From Vicugna vicugna (Eukaryota): 64,000 bases of DNA. Of this stretch, positions 14,455 through 27,891 are shown piece by piece. A program made the translations under genes and the position numbers. Each line of letters starts with the position of its first letter. Positions within the stretch are counted from its first letter, which is position 1. The notes beneath the pieces are model-generated. The model was given only the letters and a program-made list of their open reading frames with translations, was not told where the DNA came from and ran no database searches. Location of the stretch: NCBI GenBank assembly GCA_013265495.1, contig MU057733.1:186001-250000 (forward strand), read 5' to 3'.

Positions 14455-14940
14455 TAGATCTTCCTTAACTTATGATGAGATTATGTCCCAATAAACCCAT
14501 CATAAGTTGAAAATATCATAAGTTGAAAATGCTTTTAATATACCTAACCTACTGAATATCATAGCTTAGCCTCACCTCCCTAATGCCAGAACATTTGCAT
14601 TAGCCAACAGTTGGGCAAAGTCATCTAATATACAACCTATTTTACACTGAAGTGTTGACTATCACATGCAATTTATTAAATACTTTACCGAAAATGAAAA
14701 ACAGAATGCTTGTCTGGGTGCAGAATGGTTGTAAATTGTTACTCTCATGATCATATGACTGACTGAGAACTGTGGCTCCCTGTCACTGCCAAGCATCACA
14801 GGAGAGAATTTTATTGCACATCACTAGCCTGGAAATGATCAGATTTCAAAATCTGGGTATGGTTTCTACTGTAGTTGCTTTTGTGCCATCATAAAATGGA
14901 AAAACTGTAAACCAAGCCATTATAAGTAGGGCACCATCTG
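14455..14940. mobile_element. MER47/Tigger5-like TcMar DNA transposon remnant
   Basis: Degenerate TIRs (AGATCTTCCTTAACTTATGATG / CATTATAAGTAGGGCACCATCTG) and an internal sequence typical of MER47. Confidence 0.75.
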
Positions 14941-14994
14941 TTTACAAACCTAACAGTTTCCTTGGTCATTTTCTAGAGTATTTAGTTCTTTACT

Positions 14995-15166
14995 GCATTG
15001 GCTCTTTACCTACCTGCACATTAGAATCACCTGGGAAATGTAAGAAACTATGGGCCCCCACCTTTCACTATTTAAAGCAGAACTCCTGGGGGTGAGGACT
15101 AGTCATTAGTGCTTACCAGCCTCCCCAGGTGATTCTCATTTGCAAACAGGGTCAGGAACCACTGCT
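14995..15166. mobile_element. MER5A-like hAT-Charlie MITE
   Basis: CACATTAGAATCACCTGGG...CCCCAGGTGATTCT...GAACCACTG. Confidence 0.75.
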
Positions 15167-15759
15167 CTGCTTATAACTGTGAGTAGCATGATGGGGGCTA
15201 CATTCTTGTACAATGGAAGCCTTTTCATTTTCAGAGTAAATTTCTAGTCGCCTAGCTTTATTTATACCTAATGTTTAACAATTATATCTGCATATGAATG
15301 TGTTCAAGCTAATGCAGAATTATTTCTCTCATATATACTTAATAATTATAATGAACTTCTACTTAACATTTTAAAAAGCAGCATATATATATACACACAC
15401 ACACAAGTCACATGATTTATTCCATCTACAGATCAAGCTGAATGTTTGGTCAAATAACTGTAAAAATTCCTGAGTTCTCCAAGTTTTATCTGTGTATGAG
15501 TTAGTTCATCATAATATCACACACTTAAACTGATCGTCCCTTCCTTATTAAGATTTAAAGACACATCCTCACCCTTAACAAAGAGAAATAGGAGCAACAT
15601 CCATTTCAAGGAATGTCTTTGAATTTCCCATGACTGTGATCGGAGAGAGCGCTCCTAGTGTTCAGATGTGGCCCACCTGGTAGAGTTGATGGCTTTCACT
15701 CAACTCTCCTTTAGCACAAATGGAGAGGCTGCAAATTATAAGCTCAAATGATCATTCTT

Positions 15760-16225
15760 TAATAAATACTTATTTTGCAGTTATTTTGTGCCAGGCATGC
15801 TTCTCACTCCAGGGAACATAGCAGCAAAAAATAATAGTAATAAAAAAATAAATATCTTTGTCTTTATGGAGTTGACATTCCAATGTGAGGAAACAGGCAA
15901 TAAACAAGATCAAAGAGTTAAAAAAATTAGATGGTGCTATATATTTTGGAGAAAAGTGCAGGGAAAGGATAAGGACTGCCGAGGTTGTAGAGGACATGAT
16001 GAGGAAAGGCTTATAGAGAGAAGGTGATGTTTTAGTAAAGATTGAAGTAGGTGAAGCAGCTAGCCAGGAACAGATCTGGAGAACAGCAAGGGTAGAACCT
16101 GGTGTTTTCAGGAAAAGCAGCAAGACTGTATTTTTGGAATAGAAAGAGCAAGGGTGAAAGGAGTTCCTGTAGATGGTGAGGTTGGAGGGACTGTGGACTT
16201 CTGTTGCTGAACAAGTTAGTGCCAT
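15760..16225 (-). mobile_element. L2 fragment
   Basis: TGTGCCAGGCATG...ATGGAGTTGACATTC, the reverse of the L2 3' region. Confidence 0.6.
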
Positions 16226-16906
16226 TTTAAAGAGAATCTATAAATGGTCCACCATCAGATGAATACTTGGACCAGACGAAGTTTTTGGGTCCTCATAAGA
16301 TCTCATGATGCTTGGTTGCTGCAAAGACATACTTTTACTGGGCAAGTATCTTCAATTTCCAAACCAGTGGGGGAAAAAACCATGAAAAGTCAAGTTCAGT
16401 TCCCCCTTATTAAAATATAATCTCCATGAAGGCAAAGAGTTTTACATTTTTTATTGCCTTTTTTTCCTTCAGGAGCTAGAAGTGTGCAAAATGAATATTT
16501 GCTGCAAAAATGAATATTCTTTTAAAGAATAATCATTTAAGCTTACAATTAGTGGCCCCCTATTCTTGCTAAGGATGAGTTAACTGAAAATGAATCAACT
16601 TGTTCAGAGTTAAAAAGAATGATTATGGTTGTGATGTTAATAAACCTATCTTTACAATCATAAACATAATTTAAAAATAAAGACAGTTGCTCATATTACA
16701 ATTCTGGCACTTAAAAATCTTGCATTTTCAGGAGCAAAAATATCTCTTTTCTCAGTTACTCGCATGCCCCAGTTCCTCAGTTCTTTGTTTAATTTCACTT
16801 TCTCTGTTCCAGTGTCATTTTCCTTGGCCACCTTATCTCAAAGTGCCTCCCTTTCCCTTGCCTGTTACTTTCTATTTCCCTTACTCTGCTTCATTTTTTC
16901 ATCATA

Positions 16907-17240
16907 TGGGTTATTAGTTGAATTGTGCCCCCCATATATGTTGAAGCCCTAACCTCCAGTGCCTCAGATTGTGACCTCATTTGTAAATAGGGTCTTTGCA
17001 GACGTAGCTAAGTTAAGGTGAGATTATTAGGGTGGGTCTTAGTCCAGTATGACTGATGTCCTTATAAGAAGCAGAAATTTGGACATAAACATAGACATGT
17101 ATCGAGGGAAGCGTCTAAAGAGACACAGGGAGAATGCCATGTGAAGACAGAGGATTAGAGATACACCCACAAGCCAAGGATGGCTGGTAAACCACTAGAA
17201 GCAAGGAAAAGGCATGGATGATTTCTCTGCAGGTTCCACT
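16907..17240 (+). mobile_element. MLT1 LTR fragment nested in L2
   Basis: GAATTGTGCCCCC..ATATGTTGAAGCCCTAACC...GACTGATGTCCTTATAAGAAG. Confidence 0.75.
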
Positions 17241-20200
17241 TGATATATGATATACCATTTATTTGTTTAATTTCTGCCTGCTCCTACCAGACTCTTAAGT
17301 TCCATGCAGAAAAGGATGTGATATATTTTCTTTACTTCTGTACCTCATGTACTTAGAACAGTGCCTGACACTCAATAAATATTTGCTGAAAGAATGTAAA
17401 GCTAAACTATTTTATTTTTCCCTTTCATTTTTTGCTTTGTTTTTGGTTACTATTTGTTCCTTCTAAAAATTAATCCAAGTCCAGCATTGGTGAGGTAGGA
17501 AAAAATTTCAATAATTGTAAAAATACAGTGGAAAATTTCACTCTATATTCTGTTATGGTTCCCCAAGAAATACTGTGGTAGGATTTAATTCAGTGTAAGG
17601 AGAGTCTTAAGCACCTCTGAGCATGTTCAGGAAAGCACTGTGACTGGGATGGAGACATTGCCGGCCCAGGAGATACTGGGTACGTAGGATAGGTAATCCC
17701 CATGTGTGTGGACCTCCTAAATGCTGACTGTGCAATTCAAAGAAAGAGGCAGCAAGTTCTGGCTGGCCTGGTCCATTTCCTTCCCTTTTGCTGTTACCAA
17801 CTCTGCTGTTACGAAGCAGCACATCCACTCACCAGTAGACCTGCTCTCCAATTTCCAACCAGGAAAACATTCAGTAATAAAGCTCATCATTCTGGAAAAT
17901 AAAAATCCTCCCAGGCTTCAAAGTCCACAGTGACTTCTGTGATTTTCTTAGGGTTGAAAGTTGGTCTGTGAGAACTGCACACAGGGCCACGTGTCTTCAG
18001 CCTTCAGTATTACTGTCAGAGGCAGATGGGAACTGCATGAGCTCAAAAAAAAAAAAAAACAAAACAAAACTGGGTGCACCTTCTACCTTCACTTGACCAG
18101 GATGCACCTCCTGCAGCAACTTGCTGCAAACTCTAGTCATGGAGGTCACACCATGTTTTTATTTGTTTGTATTAAAAAATTATCCACAGTTCCATTAATC
18201 CTTACCCTTATCTAATTCAACTACCTCATCTGACCAACTCATGTGAGAAAAAAAAATCCTACCCCTTCGTTTTGATGAACAATCTAATATGACTCACAAA
18301 TAAAATATTTTTAAATTAATGATCTCAGGGAAATCCTTTTAATAGTGCAGAAGCGTGATATTCTAAAATAGGAAGAATTAAAACAAAATGTGTTTGTGCA
18401 TAAATGTCCCTTCTAATGCATGAGTTTTGGAAAGTGCCAATTTCATGAATCATTAGCCTGTTTTATCTTCATGTTACACAATCATTTCAAAAACAAAACT
18501 GTGCAGATGTTGCCACCTACTGTTTGCCTGGAAACTGACTCATATAATCCACTTTATATAACAATACTCTTCCCTCTGCATGTCTTTTTCCTCAAAGATA
18601 ATTTTAATCTCAATTCTTTCTTCTTTTAGAATGATTTATTTACTTACTCTTAACATAGTCTATCCAAAGGGTCATCCTGAGAAAGTGACCTAATATTCCT
18701 TAAATCTTCTCCAATATGATGAAATCATTTTCAAGTTTGAAAAGACATGCAGTGTATGTAATTGAAACCCCATTTAAAAGATACATTAGGCAGAGGGGCT
18801 AAGATGGCAAGGTAGAAGGATGCTCATAGCTCACCCTCTCCCACAAATACACCAAGACTGACATCCACAGACCCACCCAGCCAATCAGAGCACCTGCCCA
18901 ACTTTGACAGAACATCGCCTTCTTCAAAAGAAAAAATACGCCACAAGTCTGGTAGGACAAAGAGAAAAAAGAAAGAAGAAAAAGAAAAATAGTGCAGGAC
19001 CAGTCCCATGGGGAGGGAGTGGCAAAGGAGGAATAGTGCTCCTATGCTGGGGATCCCCCTCTTCAGTGGGGCAGGGCCCTGCAACCCCCAGCTCTAGACT
19101 TGAAGTGGCAGGTCGGGGATGGGACAGGCTGCCTGAGCTGGGCAGAGGACTGGGGCCAGTGGTACAGAGGCAACCTCAGGGGACTGCAGGGTGCTGTGCA
19201 CCATGGCTTGGAGGGTATACAGAGCAGAACAACGTAGGTCCCCCGTAAAACATGGGGGGAAAAAAGCAAAGCAACATTGCTGGTGTGCCCTTGGGGGAGT
19301 GATGCTGTAGCCTTTGTCTCCGCAGACCAGAGGCACCTACTGGCACGTTATTGGGAGAAGAGGGACGGGGCTCAGCCACAGCCACCATATCCTCTGGTGT
19401 GCAGCGCCCTGGCAGGGGAGGGGTGGAAACCTGAATCCCTACCTGGGGACTCGGAAACCTCCTAGATGGGACTGAGATTTGTTTACAGCCCCAGGCAGAG
19501 GGGGCCTTTCTGCCCTGTGCCTCTGTGAACTTGGGCTTCTAAGACAAAGAAACAAGGAGCAGAATTCTGGCACAGAGCAGGGGCGAGGGCTGGTGCAGCT
19601 GATTTCTGCGGTCCTGCCCACTGAGTGGGGACCCAATGTGGCACACGAAGCAGCACTGAACAGGGGAACAACCTGCCCACCTACCAGTGCTGGAACATGG
19701 TGCTGGGAGAAGCACAGATGGGGGGTGCTACCTGAGGACCTCTGGGACAAGCAGAGTTTGTGCAGCAGGGCAAGGGGAGGAGTGGTGACAACCTCAGAAC
19801 AAAAAGGAGACCCTGCTTAACAGCCAGGGCAGGCTCTGGCCACACAACACTGGCCACACCTCCAACCAAAGGGATAACAGCCAAAAGGCATAGAAGGAAG
19901 ACTTGGCAACCACCCACACTTAAAAAAGACCTCACAACAAAATTATTAGGAGTATACAGTCTTCATGAGAACACATCCTCTTTTTTCCTCTTTTTCTTTT
20001 TCATTTTTTAATTTTTAATCCCTTTTAAAATTTAATTTTTTAATGAAAAAAATTTTAAATTTGTCTCAATCTGATTTTTATCTCTCTTAGTTTTGTTCTT
20101 CTGTTACTGATTATATTATGTTTTCAAATCTTTTTTCTTCTTTTAAATTTTTTTAAAAAATTGTCTTAATTTGATTTTTATTTCTCTTTGTATTGTTCTT

Positions 20201-20355
20201 CTGTTATTGATTATACTCTGCTTTCAAATCTTTTTTTCTTCTTTTATATATTTTTAGTTTTATTTATGCATCCATTTTAAATAAATAAACCCCTTCAGGA
20301 CCACAGTAGATAACTGATATTCCATAAGATATAGTGCCAGAGAAATGTAAACAAA

Positions 20356-21235
20356 ATGAAGAAGCAGAAGAACCACTCCCAATTAAAAGAACAAGAGAAA
20401 TTCCCTGAAAGAATGATCAATGAAGTAGGCACTGATGGTCTACTAGATCATGATTTCAAAAAAGTAGTGATCAAAGTACTGAAGGAGACTGTGAATACAG
20501 ACAGAGAATATGTCAAAATGGAAATTGAAACTATAAAGAGGAGCCAATTAAAATTGGAAAACTCCTTTGCTGAGATGAGAGCTGAGCTAAAGGCTGTGAA
20601 AAGTAGGCTAGATAATGCAGAGAAATGAATAAGTGACTTAGAAGACAGGACAACAGAAAGCACCCAATCAGAACAGCTGAGAGAAAAACAAATAAAACCC
20701 AATGAAAACAATATAAAGAATCAATGGGATAATATAATGCTTTCCAATCTATGCATAATAGGAGTCCTAGAAGGAGAAGAAAGAGCAAAAACAATTGAAG
20801 AGGTATTTGAAGAAATCATGATCGAAAAATTCCCAAACCTAAAGAAGGAATCATATATCCAAGTACAGGAAACACAGAGGGTCCCAGACAAGAAGAAGCC
20901 GAACAGATACACACCAAGACATATTATAATCAAGATGGCTAAGGTTAAAGATAAAGATATGATTCTAAAGGCAGCAAGAGAAAAACAAAGAGTTAGTTTT
21001 AAGGGAACCCAATAAGGCTTTCATCTGATTTCTCTACACAAATACTACAGGCAGAAGGGAGTGGCAAGATATATTCAAAGTCCTGAATGAGAAAAAGATA
21101 CAACCTAGGATACTTTATCCAGAAAGGCTATCCTTTACAATAGGAGAGATAAAGAACTTCACAGAAAAGCAAAAACTGAAAGAATTTAGCAAGACTAAAC
21201 CTATACTAAAAGAAATATTGAAAGGTTTACTCTAA
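20356..21235 (+). pseudogene. L1 ORF1p remnant
   Basis: ORF fragments MKKQKNHSQLKEQEK...SRLDNAE and NLCIIGVLEGEE...FPNL...TPRHIIIKMAKVKDK..ILKAAREK, disrupted. Confidence 0.9.
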
Positions 21236-21642
21236 ATAGAAAAGAAGCAGGATACTACATAAAGGAGAAAACTATAGTTGGAAAGGTGATAACAACAATG
21301 AATTACAATAGAATAAACATAAATTTATAAAAGAGGACATCAAAATCATTAAGGGTGGGAGAGGGGAGCAAGAAAATTATAGATTTTTTTCCTTTTTGTT
21401 TTTTTCTTTTCTTCTGTAGGATGGGTTTGAGCTTATATCACTATTTAAAACAAATAGATATAGTAATGGGTTAATATACATGCAAAACAGGGTAATCACA
21501 AGACAAAAGATGACAAAAGAGTCACAAAAACTAAAAAGAAACCAAGATAATACAAAGGAAAGTTATCAAACCAAAAAAAAAAAAGAAAAAAAAGAAAGGA
21601 ACAAAGCGGAAATACCAAATCAACTACAAAACTCAGTTCAAA

Positions 21643-24600
21643 ATGCCAATAAACACACATCTATCAATAATTACCATAAAGGCCAATAGACTAAATGTTC
21701 CCATCAAAAGACATAGAGGGACAGACTGGGTAATAAAACAAGAACCCACAATGTGCTGCATACACTTTAGGGAGAAGGACACACATAGACTGAGAGTGAG
21801 AGGATGGAAAAAGAAATTTTGTGCAAATGGAAATGAAAAGAAAGCAGGAGTAGCAATACTGATTTCAGACAAAATAGACTTTAAAAAAAGGGCCATAAAG
21901 AAAGATAAAGAAGGACATTTATAATGATTAAAGAGCAATACAAAATGAGGATATTACACTCATTAACATATATGCACCCAATATAGGAGCACCTAAATAC
22001 ATAAAGCAAATACTAACAGATATAAAGGGAGACATTGATGGGAATACAATCATTGTAGGAGACTTTAACACCACATTGTCATAACTGGACAGATCTTCCA
22101 GACATAAAATTAATAAGGCAACAGAAAAATTAAATGATTCAACAGAACAATAAGACTTGGTTGATGTTTTCAGAACATTACATCCCCCTAAAATAGAATA
22201 TACATTCTTTGTGAGTGCACATGGAACATTTTCTAGGATAGATCATGTACTCAGGCACAAAAGAAGCCTCAACAATATTAAGAAGATAGAAATTATTTCA
22301 AGCATGTTTTCTGACCACAATGGCATGAAACTTAGAAATCAACTACAGAAAAACAAAGGAGAAAAAAATGACAGCATGGAGATTAAACAACATGCTACTC
22401 AAAAACCAATGGGTCAATGATGAAATCAAAGAAGAAATTAAGAAATACTTTGAGAAAAACGACAATGAAAACACAACCACACAGAATCTGTGGGATGCAG
22501 CAAAGGTAGTGCTAAGAGGGAAGTTTATAGTGATACAGACCTTCCTCAAAGAAGAAGAACAATGTCAAATAACCAATCTAACCCAGCAGTTAAAAGAATT
22601 AGAAAAAGCAAAAAACCCCAAAAGTCAGCAGAAGGAAGGAAATAATAAAGATCAGGGAGGAAATAAATAAAATCAAGATTGAAAAAACAATAGAAAAAAA
22701 TCAATCAAACCAAGAGCTGGTTTTTTGAACAAGTAAACAAAATTGACAAACCTCTGGCCAGGCTCATCAAAAAGAGAAAAGAGAGCACACAAATAAACAA
22801 AATGAGAAAGAAAAATGGAAAAATTATAACCAATACCACAGAAATACAAAATACCACATGAGAACACTATGAACACTATAGGAAAACAAAATGGGTAACC
22901 TAGAAGAAATGGACAAGTTTCTGGAAACATACAGCCCACCAAGACTGAATCAAGAAGAAACTGACCACTGAACAAACAGAAATGAAATCAAATTAGCAAT
23001 AAAAAATCTCCCTACAAACAAAAGTCCAGGACTGGATGGCTTCACTGGGGAATTCTACCAGACATACAAATAAGAACTCATACTGGTCCTTCTCAAACTC
23101 TTCCAGAAGATTGAAAAGGAGGGATTACTCCCAAACTCATTTTATGAAGCCACCATCACCCTGATACCAAAACCAGACAAAGACACTACCAAAAGAGAAA
23201 ATTACAGACCAGTATCACTGATGAACATAGATTCAAAAATCCTCAACCAAATACTAGCAAACAGAAACCAACAGCACATAAAAAAGATCATACATCATGA
23301 TCAAGTTGGGTTCATCCCAGGAACACAAGGATGGTTCAACATATGCAAATCAATCAATGTAATACCCCACATCAACAAGAAAAGGACAAAAACCACATGA
23401 TCATCTCAATAGATGCAGAAAAAGCATTTGATAAAATTCAACACCCATTTATGATAAACAACCCTTCCCAAAGTGGGTATAGAGGGAAAATATCTCAATA
23501 TAATAAAAGTTATTTATGACAAACCTACAGCCAGCATAGTACTCAATGGTGAAAAACTGAAAACCTCCCCCCTAAAATCTGGGACAAGACCAGGTTGTAC
23601 ACTCTCACCACTCCTACTCAACATAGTCTTGGAAGTCCTAGCCACAGCAATCAGGCAAGAAAAAGAAATAAAAGGGAACCAAACTGGAAAAGAAGAGGTA
23701 AAACTGTCACTATATGCAGATGACATGATACTATATATATAAAACCCTACTAGGTCCACGCAAAAACTACTAGAACTAATGGAAGAATTCAGCAAGGTAG
23801 CAGGATACAAGAGTAATGTACAAAATTCAGTTGCATTTCTTTACACTAAGAATGAATCAACAGGAAAAGAAAGTAAAGAAATGAACCCTTTTAAAATAGC
23901 ACCCAAAGTAATAAAATATCTAGGAATAAATCTAACCAAGGAGGTGAAAGACTTTATACATGGAGAATTACAAAACATCGATTAAGGAAGTTAAGGAAGT
24001 CTTAATAAAATGGAAAGATAGCCCATGCTCCTGGATTGGAAGAATCAGTTTTGTTAACATGGTCATAGTGACCAAGGCAATCTACAGATTTAATGCAATC
24101 CCTATCAAATTATCTAAGATTTATTTCACAGAATTAGAATAAATCATGACATTTATATGAACTCACAAGAGACCAAGAATTGACAAAGCATTGCTGATAA
24201 AAAAAGAATGAGGCTGAAGGAATAACCCTCCCAGTCTTCAGAAAATACTACAGATCTACATTAATCAAAACAGCATGATACTGGTATAAAAACAGACATA
24301 TAGATCAATGGAACAAAATAGAGAGTCCAGGAATGAACCCACAAACTTTTGGTCAATTAATCTTTAACAAAGGAGGCAAGAACCTACAATGGAAAAAAGA
24401 CAGTCTCTTCAGCAAATGGTGTTGGGGAAACTGGACAGCTGCATGTACATCATTGAAGCTAGAATACTCTTCACACCATACACAAAACTAAAGTCAAAAT
24501 GGCTTAAAGACTTAAACATGAGACAAGACACAATAAGTCTCCTAGAAGAAAACATAGGCAAAATACTATCTCACAATGTACATCTCAGCAATGTTCTCCT

Positions 24601-25424
24601 AGAGCAGTCTCCCCAAGCAATAGAAATAACAGCAATAAACAAATGGGACCTAATTAAACTTACAAGCTTTTGCACAGCAAAGGAAACCATGAGCAAAACA
24701 AAATGACAACCTACGGAATGGGAGAAAATATTTGCAAAAGATGAAACTGACAAGGGCTTGATTTCCAGAATATATAAGCTTATAGGACTTAATAACAAAA
24801 AAACAAACAACCCAATCCAAAAAATAGGCAGACGACCTAAACAAGCAATTCTCCTGTGAATACATATGAATGGCCAATACGTACATGAAAAAATACTCAA
24901 TATCACTAATTATCAGAGAAATGCAAATCAAAACTACAATGAGGTATCACCTCACACCAGTCAGAATGACCACCATTCAAAAGTTCATGAATGACAAATG
25001 CTAGAGAGGATGTGGAGAAAAGGGAACCCTTCTACACTGCTGGTGTGAATGCAGTTTGGTGCAGCCATTGTGGAAAACAGTATGGAGGTTCCTCAAAAAA
25101 CTAAAAATAAGATTTACCATATGATCCAACAATCCCACTCCTGGGCATATATCCAGAGAGATCCTTATTTCAAAAGACAACTGCACCCCAATGTTGAGAG
25201 CAGCACTATTTACAATAGCCAAGACATGGAAACAACCTAAATGTTCATCAACAGATGACTGGATAAAGAAGTTGTGATATATTTATACAATGGAATACTA
25301 TGCAGTCATAAAAAGAATAAAATAATGTTCTTTGCAGCAACATGGGTGGCCCTGGAGAACATCATTCTAGGTGAATAAGCCAGAAAGAAAAAAAAATATA
25401 GTATCACTTATATGGGGAATCTAA
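21643..25424 (+). pseudogene. L1 ORF2p remnant (endonuclease, reverse transcriptase, Cys-rich domain)
   Basis: AGVAILISDKIDF, GDFN and SDH endonuclease motifs; YADD at 23713-23724; HCW.EC.LVQP near 25035. Fragmented across frames. Confidence 0.93.
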
Positions 25425-25864
25425 AAAAAAAAAAAAGACAAATGAACTTATATATAAAACAGAAACAGCCTCAGAGACAAAGAAAACAAAGTTATGGTTA
25501 CCAGGAGGGGAGGGTGTGGGTAGGGATAAATTGAGAGTTTGAGATTTGCAGATACTGACTGGTGTATTATAAAATAGATAAACAAGTTTATACTGTATAG
25601 CACAGAAAATTATATTCCATATATCATAGTAGATTATGGTGAAAAAGAATATGAAAACAAACATATGTATATTCATGTATGACTGAAGCATTGTGCTGTA
25701 CACCAGAAATTTACACAACATTGTAAACTGACTATACTTCCATTAAAAAAAAAGATAAAGGTAAAATGAAAACATTTTTATATAAAAAATGCATTGCATT
25801 TTATGTGTCAGAAAATTTTTTTTAAAAATGGGCTGAGGACTTGAATAAATATTTTTCCGAGGAA

Positions 25865-27891
25865 TTTCAGCAGCAGTGGCAGACCCACTCAGGAACCGTC
25901 GGAAGGACAGTTCGGCTCTCTCCCTGAGCAAACCAGCCACGCAGCAAGCCTCTCTGGATACGGAGAAGCCTGTGGATGTCGCTGCTTCCTTGTCTGACAT
26001 CGCGAAGGCCACGGAGCCTGGGAGACTGGAACAGCGCCGGCCCCAGCGGCTGTCATGAGTCCAGGAGACGGCTCCTGCCAGCGGCGAGGCCAGGCTGAGT
26101 GAGAGCCCCGGGGGCAGGAAGAGCCTGAGCATGCTTCATTACATACGGCCCCCCCCCTCAACCGCGCGCCCAAGGACATCCCGTGCTGCTGTCTCACAGC
26201 ATCAACGGGAAGAGCAAGCCATGGAAGCCCTTCGTGGCCGAGGAGTTTGCACATCAGTTCCACGAATCCGTCCTGCAGCCCCCCCCACCCCGCTCCAGGA
26301 GGCCCTGCGGAAGCATAAAGGAACCGCAGCTGTGCTGTCTGCAGAGCAGAACCACAAGGTTGACACGTCCGTCCACGACAACATTCCTGAGCTGCAGGCC
26401 TGGAGCCGGCTGCCCCTGCCCCAGCACAGCGGGCAGCAGGAGACACGCTGGGAGGAGGGGCCCCTCCCGCAGGAGATGGACCAGGACTCGGAGGAGGACA
26501 ACAACGATAGCGGAGAGGAGGACAGTGAGGACCACCCCCAGGCGCAAGTGGCAAGGGATTGAAGTCATGTTTGAAGCTTACCAGCAATCCATAGAAGAGC
26601 AAAATCTGGAGCGGCAGGTGTTCCAGACGCAGTGCAGGCAGGCGGCTGGAGGCCCAGCACCGCGGCCTCAGCCTCAGCGCGGAGCAGCTCTCCCGCAGCG
26701 TGGCGGAGTTGAGGAGCCAGAAACAGAAGAGTGTTTCAGAAAGGGAGTGACTCCAGGCAGAGCTGGATCACTTACGCAAGTGCCTTGCGTTGCCTGCAAT
26801 GCATTGGCCTAGGGGTTACTTTAAGGGATATCCTAGGTGACAGTTTCCCGGGCACTAAGCCGAACCTATAGTATAGAGATATTATCTATTTTATTACTTT
26901 GAATATTTAATATTTTTCACTGGGAGATTTGAAGCTTAAAAAATGAGAATGTGCCATGCATGAAGCAAAGGATTCCAGGCTCCACAGAAAAAGAACGAAC
27001 TCGCCTTGACTTCAATGCAATTGAATCACCTTTGTAATTCAGCGAGCAACCGATGTAGGATGCCCGTAGTTTTTTCTTTTTAAAGACAGTTTTATTCTTT
27101 CCCCAGGCCCTCATTTTTTAATCTGAAAACAAAGGCTCCGTTACCAACACTAGAATTCGATCGTTTGTAGCCCCTGAGTGCGTCAGATGGGACACCACGG
27201 CTTCTGTGTCCTTCCTTGACGTGTTCCCAGGCCTCGAGAACCCAGTTTGCTCTCGCTGCAGTCGGGGCCGGTCTCATTCTTCCCCGGGTCGGAGGAGACC
27301 TGCTTCAGCTGAAGGAGGTTGGGGTGCATTTTAAGTAAAGGGTTTATTTGTTTGTTTCAGTTACTTTTCTGCTAAATTCCCTTCAAAGTAACAGGTCCTA
27401 GGAGCACACAAAGCAACAGTACTGAAGCCTGGAAAAGCTCTGTACCTAAAGATAAAGCAAATCAACAAACTGAAGGTACCTTTTTATTACTATGGGGGTG
27501 AGGGGGAGAATGTACCAAGCTCTGTGTGTACATATACTCACCCCGCGTTGTTACTGCAGTGGTTGGTGTTTTCATACAAACATGAATTTTGAGGGAAAAC
27601 TCAAAGGTGCTTTAGCCTTGTACTATGTATATATATTAAAAAAAAAAACAAAGTTTTGTATGTTTTTATTACTTTAATTATTGTTATAAAAAAGCTTGCC
27701 ATTTTTAATATATGCTTTGGGGGGATTTTGTTGTTTGTTTTCTTGTTTGGGGGTTTTGTTTGTTTTTGTTTTGTTTTTCTGGGCAAAAAAAAAATACCCT
27801 TGCTTTTAGTGTTTGTACTGCTGCTGGTCAGGACATTAAAATATTGAAGTGTTTTTAAAAATTAAAGAAGAAGAAAAGTAAAAAAGCTTAA
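25865..27891 (+). pseudogene. GSE1: 5'-truncated processed pseudogene of GSE1 (C-terminal CDS 25865-26840 plus ~1.05 kb of 3'UTR)
   Basis: Intronless. Peptides SAAVAD..PATQQASLD, SLSMLHYIR, NGKSKPW.PFVAEEFAHQFHESVLQ, SAEQNHKVDTSVH, RKWQGIE..FEAYQ..IEEQNLERQV and LQAELDHLRKCLALPAMHWPRGYFKGYPR* are split over several frames. Premature TGA at 26056-26058 and 26748-26750. ATTAAA at 27861. Imperfect TSD at 25847-25864 / 27892-27910. Confidence 0.93.

Larger units (their letters stand above)
18790..25753 (+). mobile_element. Full-length, inactivated LINE-1 (camelid-like subfamily)
   Basis: GC-rich 5'UTR starting near AAGATGGC, ORF1 and ORF2 remnants, 3'UTR and A-tail. Many stops and frameshifts. 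Confidence 0.95.

Noticed and set aside
18824..20011. Cluster of overlapping short ORFs
   Set aside because: They lie in the GC-rich L1 5'UTR. No evidence for an ORF0-like product beyond base composition.
18790..25753. Retrotransposition-competent L1
   Set aside because: ORF1 and ORF2 both carry many stops and frameshifts.
25743..26602. Long minus-strand ORFs (129, 237, 100 and 104 aa)
   Set aside because: Antisense shadows of GC-rich GSE1 coding sequence, with no independent protein features.
26131..26812. 143-aa and 209-aa plus-strand ORFs as a functional GSE1 retrogene
   Set aside because: GSE1 homology alternates between frames, there are internal stops, and the 5' CDS is missing.
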